Shown here: in pieces, positions 1 through 28,560 of the stretch
How the letters are laid out: each line of letters opens with the position of its first letter
Position numbering within the stretch: position 1 is the stretch's first letter
From: Sminthopsis crassicaudata
Taxonomy: Eukaryota
Assembly: GCF_048593235.1 (NCBI RefSeq)
Contig: NC_133618.1
Location: forward strand, 498,003,675-498,067,674
Direction: 5' to 3'
DNA: 64,000 nucleotides
Position numbers and translations under genes: made by a program
Notes under the pieces: generated by a model
What the model was told of the DNA's origin: nothing
The model's input: only the letters and a program-made list of their open reading frames with translations
The model's database searches: none

Positions 1-340
1 ACATATACAATGACTACAACAATGGAAATGGAAATAACAATGAAGGGGAAATTGAATTCTGTGTAATTATAACCACCAAGCTGGGTTCTGGCAAGAGCTG
101 ATCAAACTATTCCCTTTATTGCAAATGAAGAGGGCTATGGGTAGAGAATATTGCATGTACTATTGGACACACCTGAAGTATTGGTTAATTTTTATGTTCT
201 CCCCACCCCCCACCCAATTTCCTTTTTAAATTTTTGTTATATGAGTTGGTTCACTGGGTATGAGATGGCAAGAGATGTGTTCAAAAATCAATGTGCTATA
301 GAGGCATAAATACAAATAAGATAAAAATATTTTAAAATAA
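1..340 (+). mobile_element. Old LINE-1 3' UTR fragment
   Basis: Resembles marsupial L1 3' ends and finishes in an A-rich tail at ~320-340. Recognition from memory of the family. Confidence 0.5.
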
Positions 341-500
341 AAGCCTGATTTTTAGGAAATATCTGCAGAAATGCAGAGGGTTGTAAGATGTGGGCAAAGG
401 AGAGATTTTTGCATATTCAAGTGAGGTAAGAAGGGATAGGAAAAACTAATTAAATACAGTCCCAACTTGAAGTCAGTTTTTCTTTAAACTCCTTCTCTGA

Positions 501-564
501 CTGTTACTATGTATAGAGAGGACAGCTTCCTTAGCAACAGCTTGACCTTTTAAAGGGGCAGCAG
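501..564 (+). promoter_or_regulatory. CFAP157-A proximal promoter block with RFX X-box-like sites and TATA-like element
   Basis: GTTACTATG half-site (503-511), GCTTCCTTAGCAAC X-box-like site (525-538) and TTTTAAA just upstream of the ATG. The block is conserved in front of copy B. Confidence 0.7.
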
Positions 565-576
565 CTACAGTTAGCC

Positions 577-8689
<8,113 letters not shown>

Positions 8690-10156
8690 TTTCCCCTTCT
8701 CCATTCCTTGGCTCTCAGCTCTAGCAAAGAGGGAAGTAAAAGAAGAAATGCATGAAGAAGAAATGCAGCCTTGAACTTGATGGACTCATTATTTCCTGGG
8801 CAAGGGTGGGAGAGAAGGTAAATGTTTTATAAATGGTTATGACACAGAAATGGAAGAGAATCCGTGCTGGTGACTGAGCCCTCCCTCCTCCCCTGCTATT
8901 GAGCCCTGGGCTCCTTAAGATAGAAGCCCTGGTGCCTGCCCTATGATGTGGTGTCAGAGAGAACCCTCCAAGGCAAGACTGCTTCATGAGTCACACCTCC
9001 ACCAACTCATCCCATTGGGTCAACCCCGAGAGGTTGATGAGGCTCCAAATACGTTTTCTCAGGCCAAAAAGATGAAAGGAACACTTCAGGAAGTTCTTGC
9101 TACTAGAAGTTTCTAGTAGAAAGAGTTTAGTTTCCATGAGTGAGTGAGGAAACAGAACTGTTAGTGCTTCTTAGAATGTTGGCAGTACCAACCAGTAAGA
9201 GTCAAGCCATGCTAGATGGGTCCCTTTGTGAATACTTTCCCATTAAAAATGTCAGGCTTGGAGAGAGGTCCCTTCTTTCAGCCCCTTATCTCAAGACTGA
9301 GTCCCCTACATGGAGATGCTCTCTAGGTAAAGGTACAGTATCTAGAAACGTCAAGACAGGTCCCTGGGAGAACACAAAGGAAAGCAGATGTTTGAGTTAA
9401 ATCAGCTGATGAAGGACTGACTCTGCTGTGATTCCTTTCCAAGCAAACCCAGAAAATCTGAGTGTTGACATCAGTGCATACATGAGAAAGGGGAAGGAGA
9501 GGTGCCTTACTGTCCACCTTCCCTGGAACTGCCCTACCCAATTCCCAAGCATTTGTTCAGTGCCTCCTGTGGGCCAAACAAGGATTGAGCAATCTTTCCT
9601 CACAAGGAACTTCCTTTCTAAATCATGGTGTTGCCAGGAAACTGCACACCTGCTGGCTTCTCCCAACAGCATCACAAGGTAGGGGAAGAGATGGTTATTG
9701 GTGGCAAAAGTGAAGTCCACTTTGGGAGAGAGCTTGGAGTCGGCCACTTAGGGAAGGAAGATGGAGCTCCAGGAGGGACGCTGCCTCTCAAGGTGGGGGT
9801 GGGGGCCTTTGACTTCTCTGACTTCCTAGATCGTTTTTGCTATGGGGTTGCTTGCCTGTTCCACAAGGCACCCTAATGGATGGATGTGCTTGGCCCTAGC
9901 TCATACATCTTGTCTTCTCAGAGAGACAGAAGGGCTGAGCAGAATGAAGATAACAGAGAACTCAGATGAAATTTTGCCCCATTCCATCCACATCTCATCT
10001 CCTTCACTGAAAGCACTGCACTCTATGCCCCTTTGTCAGGGACCATTCCTTGGGGGCTGGGGAAGACAGTAGCTCCCCTGCCGATGAATGAGTAAATAAA
10101 AAGTAATTTCTAGAGGGAAGAGTGGGAGGGAGTGTTGCATTAATCAATGAGGAATC

Positions 10157-11153
10157 TCAAAGGATATGAACAGACAATTTTCAGATGATGAAACTGAAAC
10201 TATTTCCACTCATATGAAAGAGTGTTCCAAATCACTATTGATCAGAGAAATGCAAATTAAGACAACTCTGAGATACCACTACACACCTGTCAGATTGGCT
10301 AAGATGACAGGAACAAATAATGATGAATGTTGGAGGGGATGTGGGAAAACTGGGACACTAATACATTGTTGGTGGAGCTGTGAAAGAATCCAACCATTCT
10401 GGAGAGCAATCTGGAATTATGCCCAAAAAGTTATCAAACCGTGCATACCCTTTGATCCAGCAGTGCTACTACTGGGCTTATATCCCAAGGAAATACAAAA
10501 AAAAGGGAAAGAGACCTGTATGTGCCAAAATGTTTGTGGCAGCCCTTTTTGTAGTGAATAGAAAATGGAAAGTGAATGGATGCCCATCAATTGGAGAATG
10601 GTTGGGTAAATTGTGATATATTAATGTTATTGAATATTATTGCTCTGTAAGAAATGACCAGCACGATGAATACAGAGAGGCTTGGAGAGACTTGCATGAA
10701 CTGATGCTGAGTGAAATGAGCAGAACTAGGAGATCATTATACACTTCAACAATGATACTGTATGAGGATGTATTCTGATGGAAATGGATGTCTTCAACAT
10801 AGAGAAGATCTAATCCAGTTCCAATTGATCAATGATGGACAGAATCAGCTACACCCAGAGAAGGAACACTGGGAAATGAGTGTAAACTGTTAGCATTTTT
10901 TGTTTTTCTCCCCAGGTTATTTTTACCTTCCAAATCCAATTCTTCCTTTGCAACAACAACAACAACAAAATTCGGTTCTGCACATATATATTGTGCCTAG
11001 GATATACTATAACATATTTAATATATATGGGAGGAGGTGGAGGGAAGGAGGGGGAAAATTCGGAACAGAAGGGAGTACAAGGGATAATGTTGTAAAAAAA
11101 ATTACCTATGCATATGTACTGTCAAAAAATGTTATTATAAAATTAATTTTAAA
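10157..11153 (+). mobile_element. 5'-truncated LINE-1 (ORF2 C-terminus + 3' UTR) with target-site duplication
   Basis: The ORF track 10166-10561 is L1 ORF2 C-terminus (LLIREMQIKTTLRYHYTPVRLA..CWRGCG), frameshifted near 10500. TSD aatcaatgagg(a/g)atc at 10142-10156 and 11154-11168 (14/15). Confidence 0.93.
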
Positions 11154-12094
11154 AATCAATGAGGGATCAAGAAAGATCTCTTATAGAAAGGAGCACCTGA
11201 ACTGAAAAGAGTTAAAGATTCCAAGAGGCAGGGATGAGCAGGGAAGGCATTCCTAAGCACAGAGGATGGAGTGGTCAAAAACCCAAATCTGAGAGATGGA
11301 CTGTCGTGCACAAAAAAGAACAAGTCGGTTTGACTGGAACATGCAATCAGCCTCCAAAGTGCTATAACCAGACTATAAAGGATTCCAAATGCTCAGTGGA
11401 AGAATCTTACTTTTTTAAAGTAGGAGGAAGCCAGGAGCTTCTTGAACAAAGAAATAAATCCTGTTTGGGGATTGCTCGTTTGGCAGCTCTATGGAACCTG
11501 GATCATGAGGACAAAAGCATAGGAAGACCCAGCAGGAGTCTGTTGCCAATAGTCAAATGAGTAATGAGGGCCTGATCCTCACAGTGATCTTAGAATGTGG
11601 ATAGGAATTATTATTCCTATCGTGGTAGTGTATTGTCAATCAATAAACATTAATTATCAAGTTCTAGGAGTGCTCATGTGATTTACCAAGTTGGGTCTGG
11701 CACTCAGGACCCCCACTCTCAGTTCAGGCATCTTACCCCAGCATGCTGAAAGAACTTTATCTGTAAAATGAGTTGAAGTAAACAGTAAACCACTCCACAA
11801 TCTCTGCCAAGAAAACCCCAAAGGGGCCACAAGACACAATTACTATTATTATGACTATGTCTTCAAGGACCTTACAATTTACTGGGTGAAGGAGGCATAT
11901 GGCACTTACATAAATGAGAAATAAGAATGGAGATTCCTAGCTGTTGTCCCTCAGGAATTTCAATACAGATTTTTCCCTGCTCCTTTCCCAAACATGCTGG
12001 GTGCCATTTAAGGGTTAGTTTTGCTCCTTTAAAGTTTTTTTTTATCCTTATCAATCAAAAAGTCATTCCTATTATTGTTCTATAAGAAACAATC

Positions 12095-12590
12095 AGCAGG
12101 ATAGTTTCAGGGAGGCCTGGAGAGACTTACATGAACTGATGCTGAATGAAATAAGGAGAACCAGGAAACCATTGTACACAGCAACATCAATATTATACAA
12201 TGATCAATTCTGAAGGACGAGGCTCTTTTCAACAATGAGGTGATTCAGGCCAGTTCCAATGCACTTGTGATGGAAAGAGCCATCTGTACCCAGAGAGAGA
12301 ACTGTGGGGACTGAGTATGAATCACAACATAGTATTTTCACTTTGTTGTTGGCTTGCATTTTCTTATTATTTTCCTTTTTGATCTGATTTTTCTTGTGCA
12401 GCATGATAATTGTAGAAATGTGTGTAGAAGAATTGCATTTATTTAACACATAGTAGATTACCTGACGTTTAGGGGAGGGGATGGGGGAAATGGATGGAAA
12501 ACATTTGGAACACAAGGTTTTGTAAGGGTGAATGTTGAAAATTATCTATGCATATGTTTTGAAAATAAAAATCTTTACTAAAAAAAAAAG
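12095..12590 (+). mobile_element. LINE-1 3' fragment (older subfamily)
   Basis: Shares gagagactt(a/g)catgaactgatgctga.tgaaat with the L1 at 10690; ends in a poly(A) tail at ~12580-12590. Confidence 0.85.
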
Positions 12591-14558
12591 TCACTCCAGA
12601 CAACTTCACATAAGACAGTCCTGTCCTAGACACTATGAGGTAGATGGAGGAAAAGATTTGAAGTTTACCCTTAAGTAGTTCTTTATCTGGGTACATATGA
12701 AGAATGAAAAAGTGTTGAGCACTCACTATGTAGTGAGCATTGTGCTAGGAGCAGTGGTTCCAAATATAAATATATCAGTCCCAGCCTTTAATCAGAGTGC
12801 AGGATCCAGGTGTGGGAGGCTAAGTTCTATAAGGGCGAGGGGGAAGAAGAGTCAAAGTGCAAGCAGCATGATTTGAAAAAAAAAAAAAAAAGACTTAGAA
12901 AGTAACAACGTACCTTTCATATGCTCTCACAATAAGGCTGTGAAGTAGCTGCTCCTCATCTTTGATTAAGAAAAACATTAAGTGTCCAGAGGTCTCTTAA
13001 AAAGCAAGAATGTAAAAGACAAGATGGCATATGATCAAGGACTCAATTCTGTGGAACAGGAAGAATTTAAAGGGACAATCAGCTATCTGTAAGAGAACAA
13101 GGCCTGGATTAAGAATCATAATCTTGTAGGGCAGTATGCCTCAGGAAGACAAGATGTCATCCTAGGCAGAGCAGTTTAGAGAGATAAGGAGAACAGCTGA
13201 GATATTACATAGTCCAGGAAAGAAATAAAATAGGTTTACAAATTAGAGAAAGTGAATGTGGAAAGGAAAAAAGTGGAATATATGCTGGGGAATGTATTTT
13301 TTTTCTGCCCAGATGAATAGTAATAATAACAAAAATGAAGCAGGGTGTGGGAGTTGATGTAAGGATGTTCTAATGCTAGGCTAGAAGTAGCACTAAAAGG
13401 TACAACTTGGTGACTGTCAACTTTGTCCCTCCTCCCCCCCCAAACACTAACTGAGCTCCTTGCTAACTTTCTGGGTTCAGTGGCAGTCTAGCAGACATGC
13501 TCTAAAATAATCTCAGAAATTAATATAAAAATATTTAAAATTCTCTACACTTGAACTCCCACTTTTCCTCATGGGCTGGCTCCCTCCTCCCCACCATCTC
13601 CAAACCCCCCCCCAACTCTTGGATTACACAAAACACTGTTAATAGTCATATAATTTATTAGCAGTTTAAGATAGTATTGAAAAGTAGGCATTAAAGCAAT
13701 GTATAGCAAGCATTCCTGATAATTTCTTTCATTCCCTGTTCTCCAGCACCCTTCCTTCCCATTCATCAGAGGGGGATGAGAGGTGGTCTGCTAGATAAAG
13801 GAGGCCCAGAGATTCTTGGTTCAGAACCCTGGGAAGGAGCGGGGAGAAAGAAGCCAGAGACTGGACATCAGTAATTCACACTGACCAAAGCTGCTAGTTG
13901 GACCTAACCTGCCCCCAGCCCTACCACTTGATTCTGGTCTGCGCCTGTAAAATTCTGTGCTCTCCCCCAAATCTCTTCACCATGACACTGCTACCCCACC
14001 AAGGAACACCCAGTGACAGCTGGCTTTCCCTGCCTTGGATTGTAAGAGGTAACTCACTGATCCCATAGCTTCCATCCTTCAGTAGAAGCTTGGAAAGCAC
14101 CATGGTCTGTGGTCCTCTTCTGTCTCAGAAATAATGTGCAGAAGGAGAACCAGGAAACTTGTGCGCGTTCTAGTCACATGTCCCCTCTAGGAGGCTGTCC
14201 TGGTCGGGAACACGTATTCCCATCCCTGTGAGAGGAAGCTGCAATTCTGGTCCCACTGTAACACATCCAGGCTGGGTGGGCCTGGGCAAGGCCTGGCACT
14301 GACAGGGAGTTCCCTGAGACTGCCGATTGCAGGGCAGGTACTGACCTGTGGCTGCCAAATGTTCTCTCTGGGACTTCCTTCACACCAACGAAATCACATT
14401 TGAACTGAAAAAGAAAGAAATTTATGTAGCACTTTAAGACTCTCCAAGTCCTTTCTTCCTTACAATCCTGTGAGGTCAGAAAAGGAAAAGGGAGTAGAGC
14501 CAAGGTACTGTTCTGGGAAGGGGCAGGGCTCCTTTAAATCCATCTCCTCACTCTATGC

Positions 14559-14636
14559 CTGTTGCTATGTATAGAACTCGGTGGGGGTGGGGAGCAGCTT
14601 CCTTAGCAACAGCTTGGCCTTTTAAAGGGGCAGCAG
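14559..14636 (+). promoter_or_regulatory. CFAP157-B proximal promoter block with RFX X-box-like sites
   Basis: CTGTTGCTATGTATAGA (16/17 match to copy A) and a 42-nt block at 14595-14636 that is 41/42 identical to 523-564. Confidence 0.7.
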
Positions 14637-14663
14637 TAGCCAAACCTCAAGGCCCTAGCCGCC

Positions 14664-23438
<8,775 letters not shown>

Positions 23439-23548
23439 ATGGCTCATAAATTAGTGATTACATAGGTGTGGTGGATCTCATGTGGGAGGGTGGGAAGAGG
23501 GCAACAATGTGGGTCAGGAGAACCTGGGCCCATCTTGCTCAGTGCACA

Positions 23549-24080
23549 TTACCTCAAGCTTGGACTGTGGGGCTGGAGTGCCAAGGCTCTGCCCTGTGCG
23601 CTGCCCAACAAGGCAAGGAGAGGCTGCCCATGCCCACGGTGGGAGAACAGTTCTTTGTGAGTTGTGGCCAGCATGATGCGTACGTCAGGAAGGGCTTGGG
23701 TGTGTGGTCCCTGTCAGGCTCCGCTGGTGGATGTGGCTCAGAAGCAGCTCCGTCGCCTGCTCCAGAACCTGGGGCAGCCGCTCCTGCTCGGCTGCTGTGA
23801 ACCTGTCCAACACGTACCGCTCCACGGCCCCTGGGTGGGTAGGTCGCCCAATGCCCACTCGGAGCCGGGGCATGACCTGTGAAGTGGAGGGGTGAGTGCT
23901 AGAGCCCTGGCAGCTGTACGTTACCTCAAGCTTGGACTGCGGCTCTCCCCAGTGCATGCCAAGGCTCCGCCCTGCGCTGCTCCAGGCAAGGAGAGGCTGC
24001 CTATGCCCATGCCCGAGGCGGGGGAGCAGTCCCACATGAGCCGTGGCCAGCAGGGGGCGTATGCCATGTCAGGAAGAGAC
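23549..24080. repeat. Pair of diverged ~150-bp direct repeats (23549-~23697 and 23921-~24078) bracketing PTRH1 exon 5
   Basis: Identical 19-mer ttacctcaagcttggactg (23549, 23921) and 18-mer aggcaaggagaggctgcc (23611, 23984), with collinear similarity between and after them. Confidence 0.85.
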
Positions 24081-26733
24081 CCTCTCAGCTGGAGCAGAAG
24101 GCTCTGCTTATGATGGTGGCCAGCCTAACCCTCAGTCCCTACCCAGATACACTCTGCCAGGAGCCCCTCAAGGCAATGTGAGGAATGGGCCCAGAAGAAA
24201 AGGAAGAAGCACTGCTTTAGGGTAAAGCAAACAGAAGAGCAGCCCTCTGACGGGCAGGGAGTAATGCAGTAGTAGTAACTCCCTTTTCCTCCAGGGTCCC
24301 CATGTGGCAGGGGCTGTGAATCAAGGAGGACAGAAAGGGACTACAGGAGGACAGATAGCAAGGTCAGGACACAAAAGGGACAGATGGGGCATATGAGTTC
24401 CAGCAGAGATCATTAGACCCAGGGAATGCTACAGTACCCCAGTGCGGAAGACTTACATCTGAGTTGAGACAGCTGATGCAGGATCGAACCCCATTGTGAC
24501 CCCTTTCAAGACAAAACCCAGTAAAAACAAATGTCAATTTCACTAGCGAAACCCCAAAATGACAGAAATGACAAAGGGGGGAAGATGAGGAGACTCATGA
24601 CATCACAAGGACGTGTAAGACTCATACCACCTCTTTCCAATCCTGCCGTGGCCCCACAGTGAGAATCTTTGGGGGCGATAAGGGACCCGAGGACCCTAGC
24701 TTCCTCACCTCGCACTGCCCCCCAGCTTCATGGCTAGTTTCCCCAGTGGCTTGTCCAGCTCGTCATGCACCAAGTAGATGTCTTCGGCTGCCAGCTGATA
24801 CACCTTGGCTTCCCACAGAAACAAGAGTAGGATGGATGAGGGTGGGCACAGAGAACCAGGATTGCTCCTTCCCCACCAAGTTAAAACAATCCAGCACCCT
24901 CAGGAATCTCTGCCATGAAGTTATCTCTAGGGGGAAATCCAGCATCTAATGAATGTCATGGGCCAGAACCTAGAGAACCAGAACCAAGGGGCAGCAATCC
25001 CTCCTCCCCCAAGGCTGGGAAGGGGAAACCTCTCACCAGCCTGGGCCACACTGTGCCCATTGACATTCATGAGCTGGCGCGGTTTGAGAAGCACCAGCTC
25101 AGCCTCTCCGAGGCAGGCGATGGCCACATCTGCACAGCACTGGCGCTGCCGCCTCCACTGGTCAGCTACATTCAGGCGCTTGGCCAGCTGGTTCAGCACA
25201 GCCATGCCCACACTGTGCCGTGTGCCCTGGAACCCGTAGTTGCCTAGACCAGCCACCTGTGGGTCAAAGAAGAACTGGCTGCTGCCTGCTGCTTCAATAC
25301 TCGCCTGCTTCCTCCCACCCCTCTGTTAAGTTTCCACTGATCTATCGCCAAATCCAAAAGCTGTTTTATCCCCCAGAGCCTCACTCTTCTAGAATTTTCC
25401 CTATTCTGACACTGCTGACTAGTCCTGCTGCTCCGGTGCCAAAAATCCTGTTGATTTTACATTTATGTCCCCCCTTCTCCAGCCCCGCTCCGTCTCTCAC
25501 CTGTACTGCTGCAAGAGCCGCCTTGAACTTGTCTCAGTGTCTCCTTACTCCCATCCACCCTCCATTTAGCTGTCAAGTTAACCTTCCTGAAGAACTGTGG
25601 GGCTCAGTGTCACCTCTAGAATCCAGAGCCTTTCACAAGCCAGCCCCTTCCCACCTTTCTAGTTTCTTATTCTCCCTCCCCCTCAAGGTCTTCAGTGATA
25701 CATGATACCAGCCCTCCTGCCACCCTCCCACAGACCAGCCCCTCCTGTCTCTCTTCACTGAACAAGTCTGAGAAAAGAAGCCTCTCCTGATCCCCCGTGT
25801 ATGCGCCTGTATGCGGCTCCCTGAGATCAAGGGCTACCTTTTCCCTTCTCTTCATCAGGCACTTAGCACAGCTCCTGGTGCACAGCAGGTGCTTAATAAA
25901 TGCTCCCAACTGCCTGCTTCAGGAATCACATTTTCTTTACTCAGAAGCTTTCTTATGTTCTATGTTCTAAAACGAACACCCCCACAGTGGGAAACCCTCC
26001 TTCATCTTCTGGGAACTCTAGTTGGAACTCAAAGGAAGCCTTCTGGAAGGGGACAATGACTCTGACGTCACAGAGCCCTGTATAATAACATGTTATTAGA
26101 TCATAGCTGTCATCTGCACTATTACATGCATCTCAGTTTGTGTTCTATCCTAACAGACTGCTCCACATTCCTTCAGGGTGGAGGCCCTTAACTTTTTTTT
26201 TTCTCTGTTAAGAACTCTGATGCTTATAACAAAAATCCAGAACTGAAAGAAATGTCGGATTTCGTTCAGAAACTAGTGATAAAAAAAGCTGTCTTTTCCC
26301 CCATCCAAATTCGCGGATCCGCTGGAACCCCCGCTTTGGGGCAGGGATCCTCCAAACTTTGCGACAGCCCTAGCACTGGGGGTTTTCTGTTCACCCCCCC
26401 CTTTCCCGTCCCCTCCTTGGGGGGGAGGGGCAGCGGATAAGAGTGGGGGAGCGGGATTCACAGCCCGCCCCTGCTAAGCCCTTAGGCGGCTCAGTCGGAG
26501 GCCTGGGGGACTTGCTAAGAATACAGCACCCTCCAGAGCGCGGCCGGTTCTCCCGGCCGTGCCCCGGCACCGGTGCTGGGGACCGGGTCCCTCCGCTGCA
26601 CCCCGCGGCCCCGTCTCCCTCCAGGCCTCCTTCGCACACTTACCAGCCACCTCTTCCCAGGAGGCCGCGGCTCGGGGCCAGCTCGGCTCATTCCCCGGCC
26701 CAGCCGGGTCCACAGCAGCCCCGAGACAGTCAT
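23685..26733 (-). CDS. PTRH1: Peptidyl-tRNA hydrolase 1 homolog (5 exons, 215 aa)
   Basis: Minus-strand exons 26644-26733, 25037-25256, 24709-24808, 24457-24502, 23685-23876 (648 nt, phases match). Pth motifs GLGNxG, TRHSVG, VHDELD, GHNG and RLRVGIGRP are all present. Confidence 0.95.
25780..25912 (+). mobile_element. LINE-2 3' end fragment in PTRH1 intron 1
   Basis: gagatcaagggcta..ggcacttagcacagctcctggtgcacagcaggtgcttaataaatg is the canonical L2 terminus. Confidence 0.75.
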
Positions 26734-28560
26734 GTCTCCCTCCGCCACCTCCTCCTTTTACTCTCTGGCGGCTCCCATTCACCGTGAGGGTCCCGCCCCT
26801 CGACGTCATGAGGCGTCCAACCAATTACGGCCTTGCCCCATTGCTCCCGCCCCGGACGACCTCGGCCGCCCTCCCTCCCTCCCGGAACAGTGCGGAGCAG
26901 TCGAGGGCGGCGCCTGCGCACTGTCCTAGGCGGGCTGGGCGCGCGGAGGCTTCTCTGCTCTTGGCGGGAATACTGTGTCGGCGGGAGCGGTGGAAGGTCC
27001 GAAACAGTTTGTGTGGCCGTCTATACTGCACGATGCCGTCTCCAAGAGCCAGCTGGCCTCGCGCCGGCGTAAGGGCCTCTCCAAGAGACACAAGCAAGTT
27101 TGCAGCCAAAGGTGAAGAGCCGACTACTCCCTCAACTCCGCCCTGGGTCCTCCAGGGTGCGGGTCCAGCCCTCGCGCCGGCCCCCTCGCGGCGGGACCGG
27201 GAGGCGCATCCCCGGACATCCCCTGCCCCTGGCGGGAAGCCGGGTGGAGATCCTCCCCCAGCTCTGGGGCCCGCCCGCCCCTGGACGTGAGCTCCCTAAG
27301 GTCCCTCCTCCGTAAAGAAGCGAGCGGGGGCGGGGAAACGCTTCCTTCTTCCCAGGTTGCAGTTTCAGGCTGAGACGTCACGGTTCCTTTTAGTAAGTGG
27401 TCACATAGTCCGGGACCCACTTCTTCCCAGTCTCGCCCTTTGGGTCCTTCCTGGTCCGCGCGGGCACCCGCCACGCCTCCGAACTCCGCCGGCAGCGGCC
27501 TCTGTGGGCTGGAGGACTCTCTCCCGAAGGAATCACACGGTCCTTGGGGCGGGCACAGGTTTTCACTTCTGACCTGGTACCGCCGGCGCGCGACCGAAGC
27601 TAGCTCTTGTGGTGCTTTAAGATGTTTAGTGGTACGAAGCTTCATTTGCGACCCCGACTGCAACAGGATCTCGTAATTCTTTAGGGTTTCATGACAATAT
27701 GATGGATGGCGAAGGGAAGGGGGGTGTGCGCATGCGCACCACAGAGGAAGACTACCCTAAATCTCTTGTTAGAATGAAGGTGAGATATGGAAAAAGTAAA
27801 GTCAAAAAAGTGCTATAAAGAGTTTCCCCGCTAGCCTGACGAGCCGCGTTAGACGCCAGACGCCATTACGTCTAAACGTGTGGAATTCGTAGGTGTGGCC
27901 AGCGGGGGGCGTGGTCTTCTGTCCTGAGCTTGGTGACTAACTGCCCTCCATTGGGGAGCCGGGCTTGGAACTGGGAAGTGAAGTCTTTTCGGGGGACAGT
28001 TGGTTGTCCGGAGTCTGAAAGCCCAGGAAGGCCAGGATTGCAGGGAGACAGTGTGGGGACTAAGCAAGGTGTCCGGGTCTGAGAATCGGGAAACCCGAAT
28101 TCAGGTTTGTCTCTACCCGGCTGCCCTTGGGATGCTGACACGCCCCCTTCCCCCTCCTGCGGCCGCCGCCTCTGGGACCGGACAGTCGGCTGGCCTGCCG
28201 CAGAGTCTGTGCTTCCCAGAGGCTGGAAAGGGGGCGCCTGAAGGCCACGTGATGACGCAGGGCCTTGAGCGCCAAGCTGGAGTTCAGGGGGTCTCCAACG
28301 CTTAAGGTTCTCTGCTTCTCAGGTTCAGCATTATGGCCCTGGAGAAGCTGTGTGAGGAAAACGTCGAGGACCCAACCTTGACTCGGATTTTTGGGACGAG
28401 CAGTGTTTTCCGGGGACTTGATCAGCCGAAAGTGTCAGTCAAGGGCCTTCTCTTGCCAAATAAAATCAAAGAGCAGTAAGTGCGTTCTCAGGCCCCGCCC
28501 ATCTCCCCCGGAGCTCCTCGAAACCCCCGGATCTCCAGCCGTCTGGAGGGCTGGGAGCCA
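26300..28560. promoter_or_regulatory. CpG island / bidirectional promoter region of head-to-head PTRH1 and TTC16
   Basis: Dense CpG and high GC spanning PTRH1 exon 1 and the first TTC16 coding exon. CCAAT near 26820, NRF1-type sites, and E-box/CRE-like CACGTGATGACG near 28246. Boundaries approximate. Confidence 0.85.
27727..27738. promoter_or_regulatory. Perfect palindromic NRF1 site
   Basis: TGCGCATGCGCA; a second NRF1-like GCGCCTGCGCA lies at 26910-26920. Confidence 0.7.

Noticed and set aside
9672-9839. Minus-strand 55-aa Ser/Pro/Lys-rich frame (QKRSRKSEKSKAPTPTL..SLLPPITISSPTL*) that looked like a terminal exon
   Set aside because: The preceding AG has a purine-rich context with no polypyrimidine tract, no upstream exons could be chained, and no homology was recognised.
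10142-11168. L1 between the paralogs as the cause of the duplication
   Set aside because: It retains a 14/15 TSD and looks much younger than the paralog divergence; no matching L1 at an equivalent position of the other copy.
8690-14500. Search for a duplicated PTRH1 remnant between the two CFAP157 copies
   Set aside because: No convincing PTRH1-like sequence found by eye; the duplication seems limited to CFAP157 or the remnant has decayed. A sensitive alignment would be needed to exclude it.
25236-25256. PTRH1 GLGNYG instead of the usual GLGNPG
   Set aside because: The catalytic Asn, His and Asp residues are intact, and this position is, as I recall, variable among mammals; not evidence of inactivation.
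26063-26070. Perfect CRE TGACGTCA in PTRH1 intron 1
   Set aside because: A single 8-mer with no supporting context; expected about once per window by chance.
26930-27112. Protein-like frame ..GPKQFVWPSILHDAVSKSQLASRRRKGLSKRHKQVCSQR*
   Set aside because: No ATG or usable acceptor after the in-frame TAG at 26927-26929, and no recognisable homology.
26443-27663. Long ORFs in the PTRH1/TTC16 CpG island (e.g. 26559-27290, 243 aa; 27124-27663, 179 aa)
   Set aside because: Pro/Arg/Gly/Ala-rich with no domain; expected by chance in GC-rich DNA with few stops; several start at non-ATG codons.
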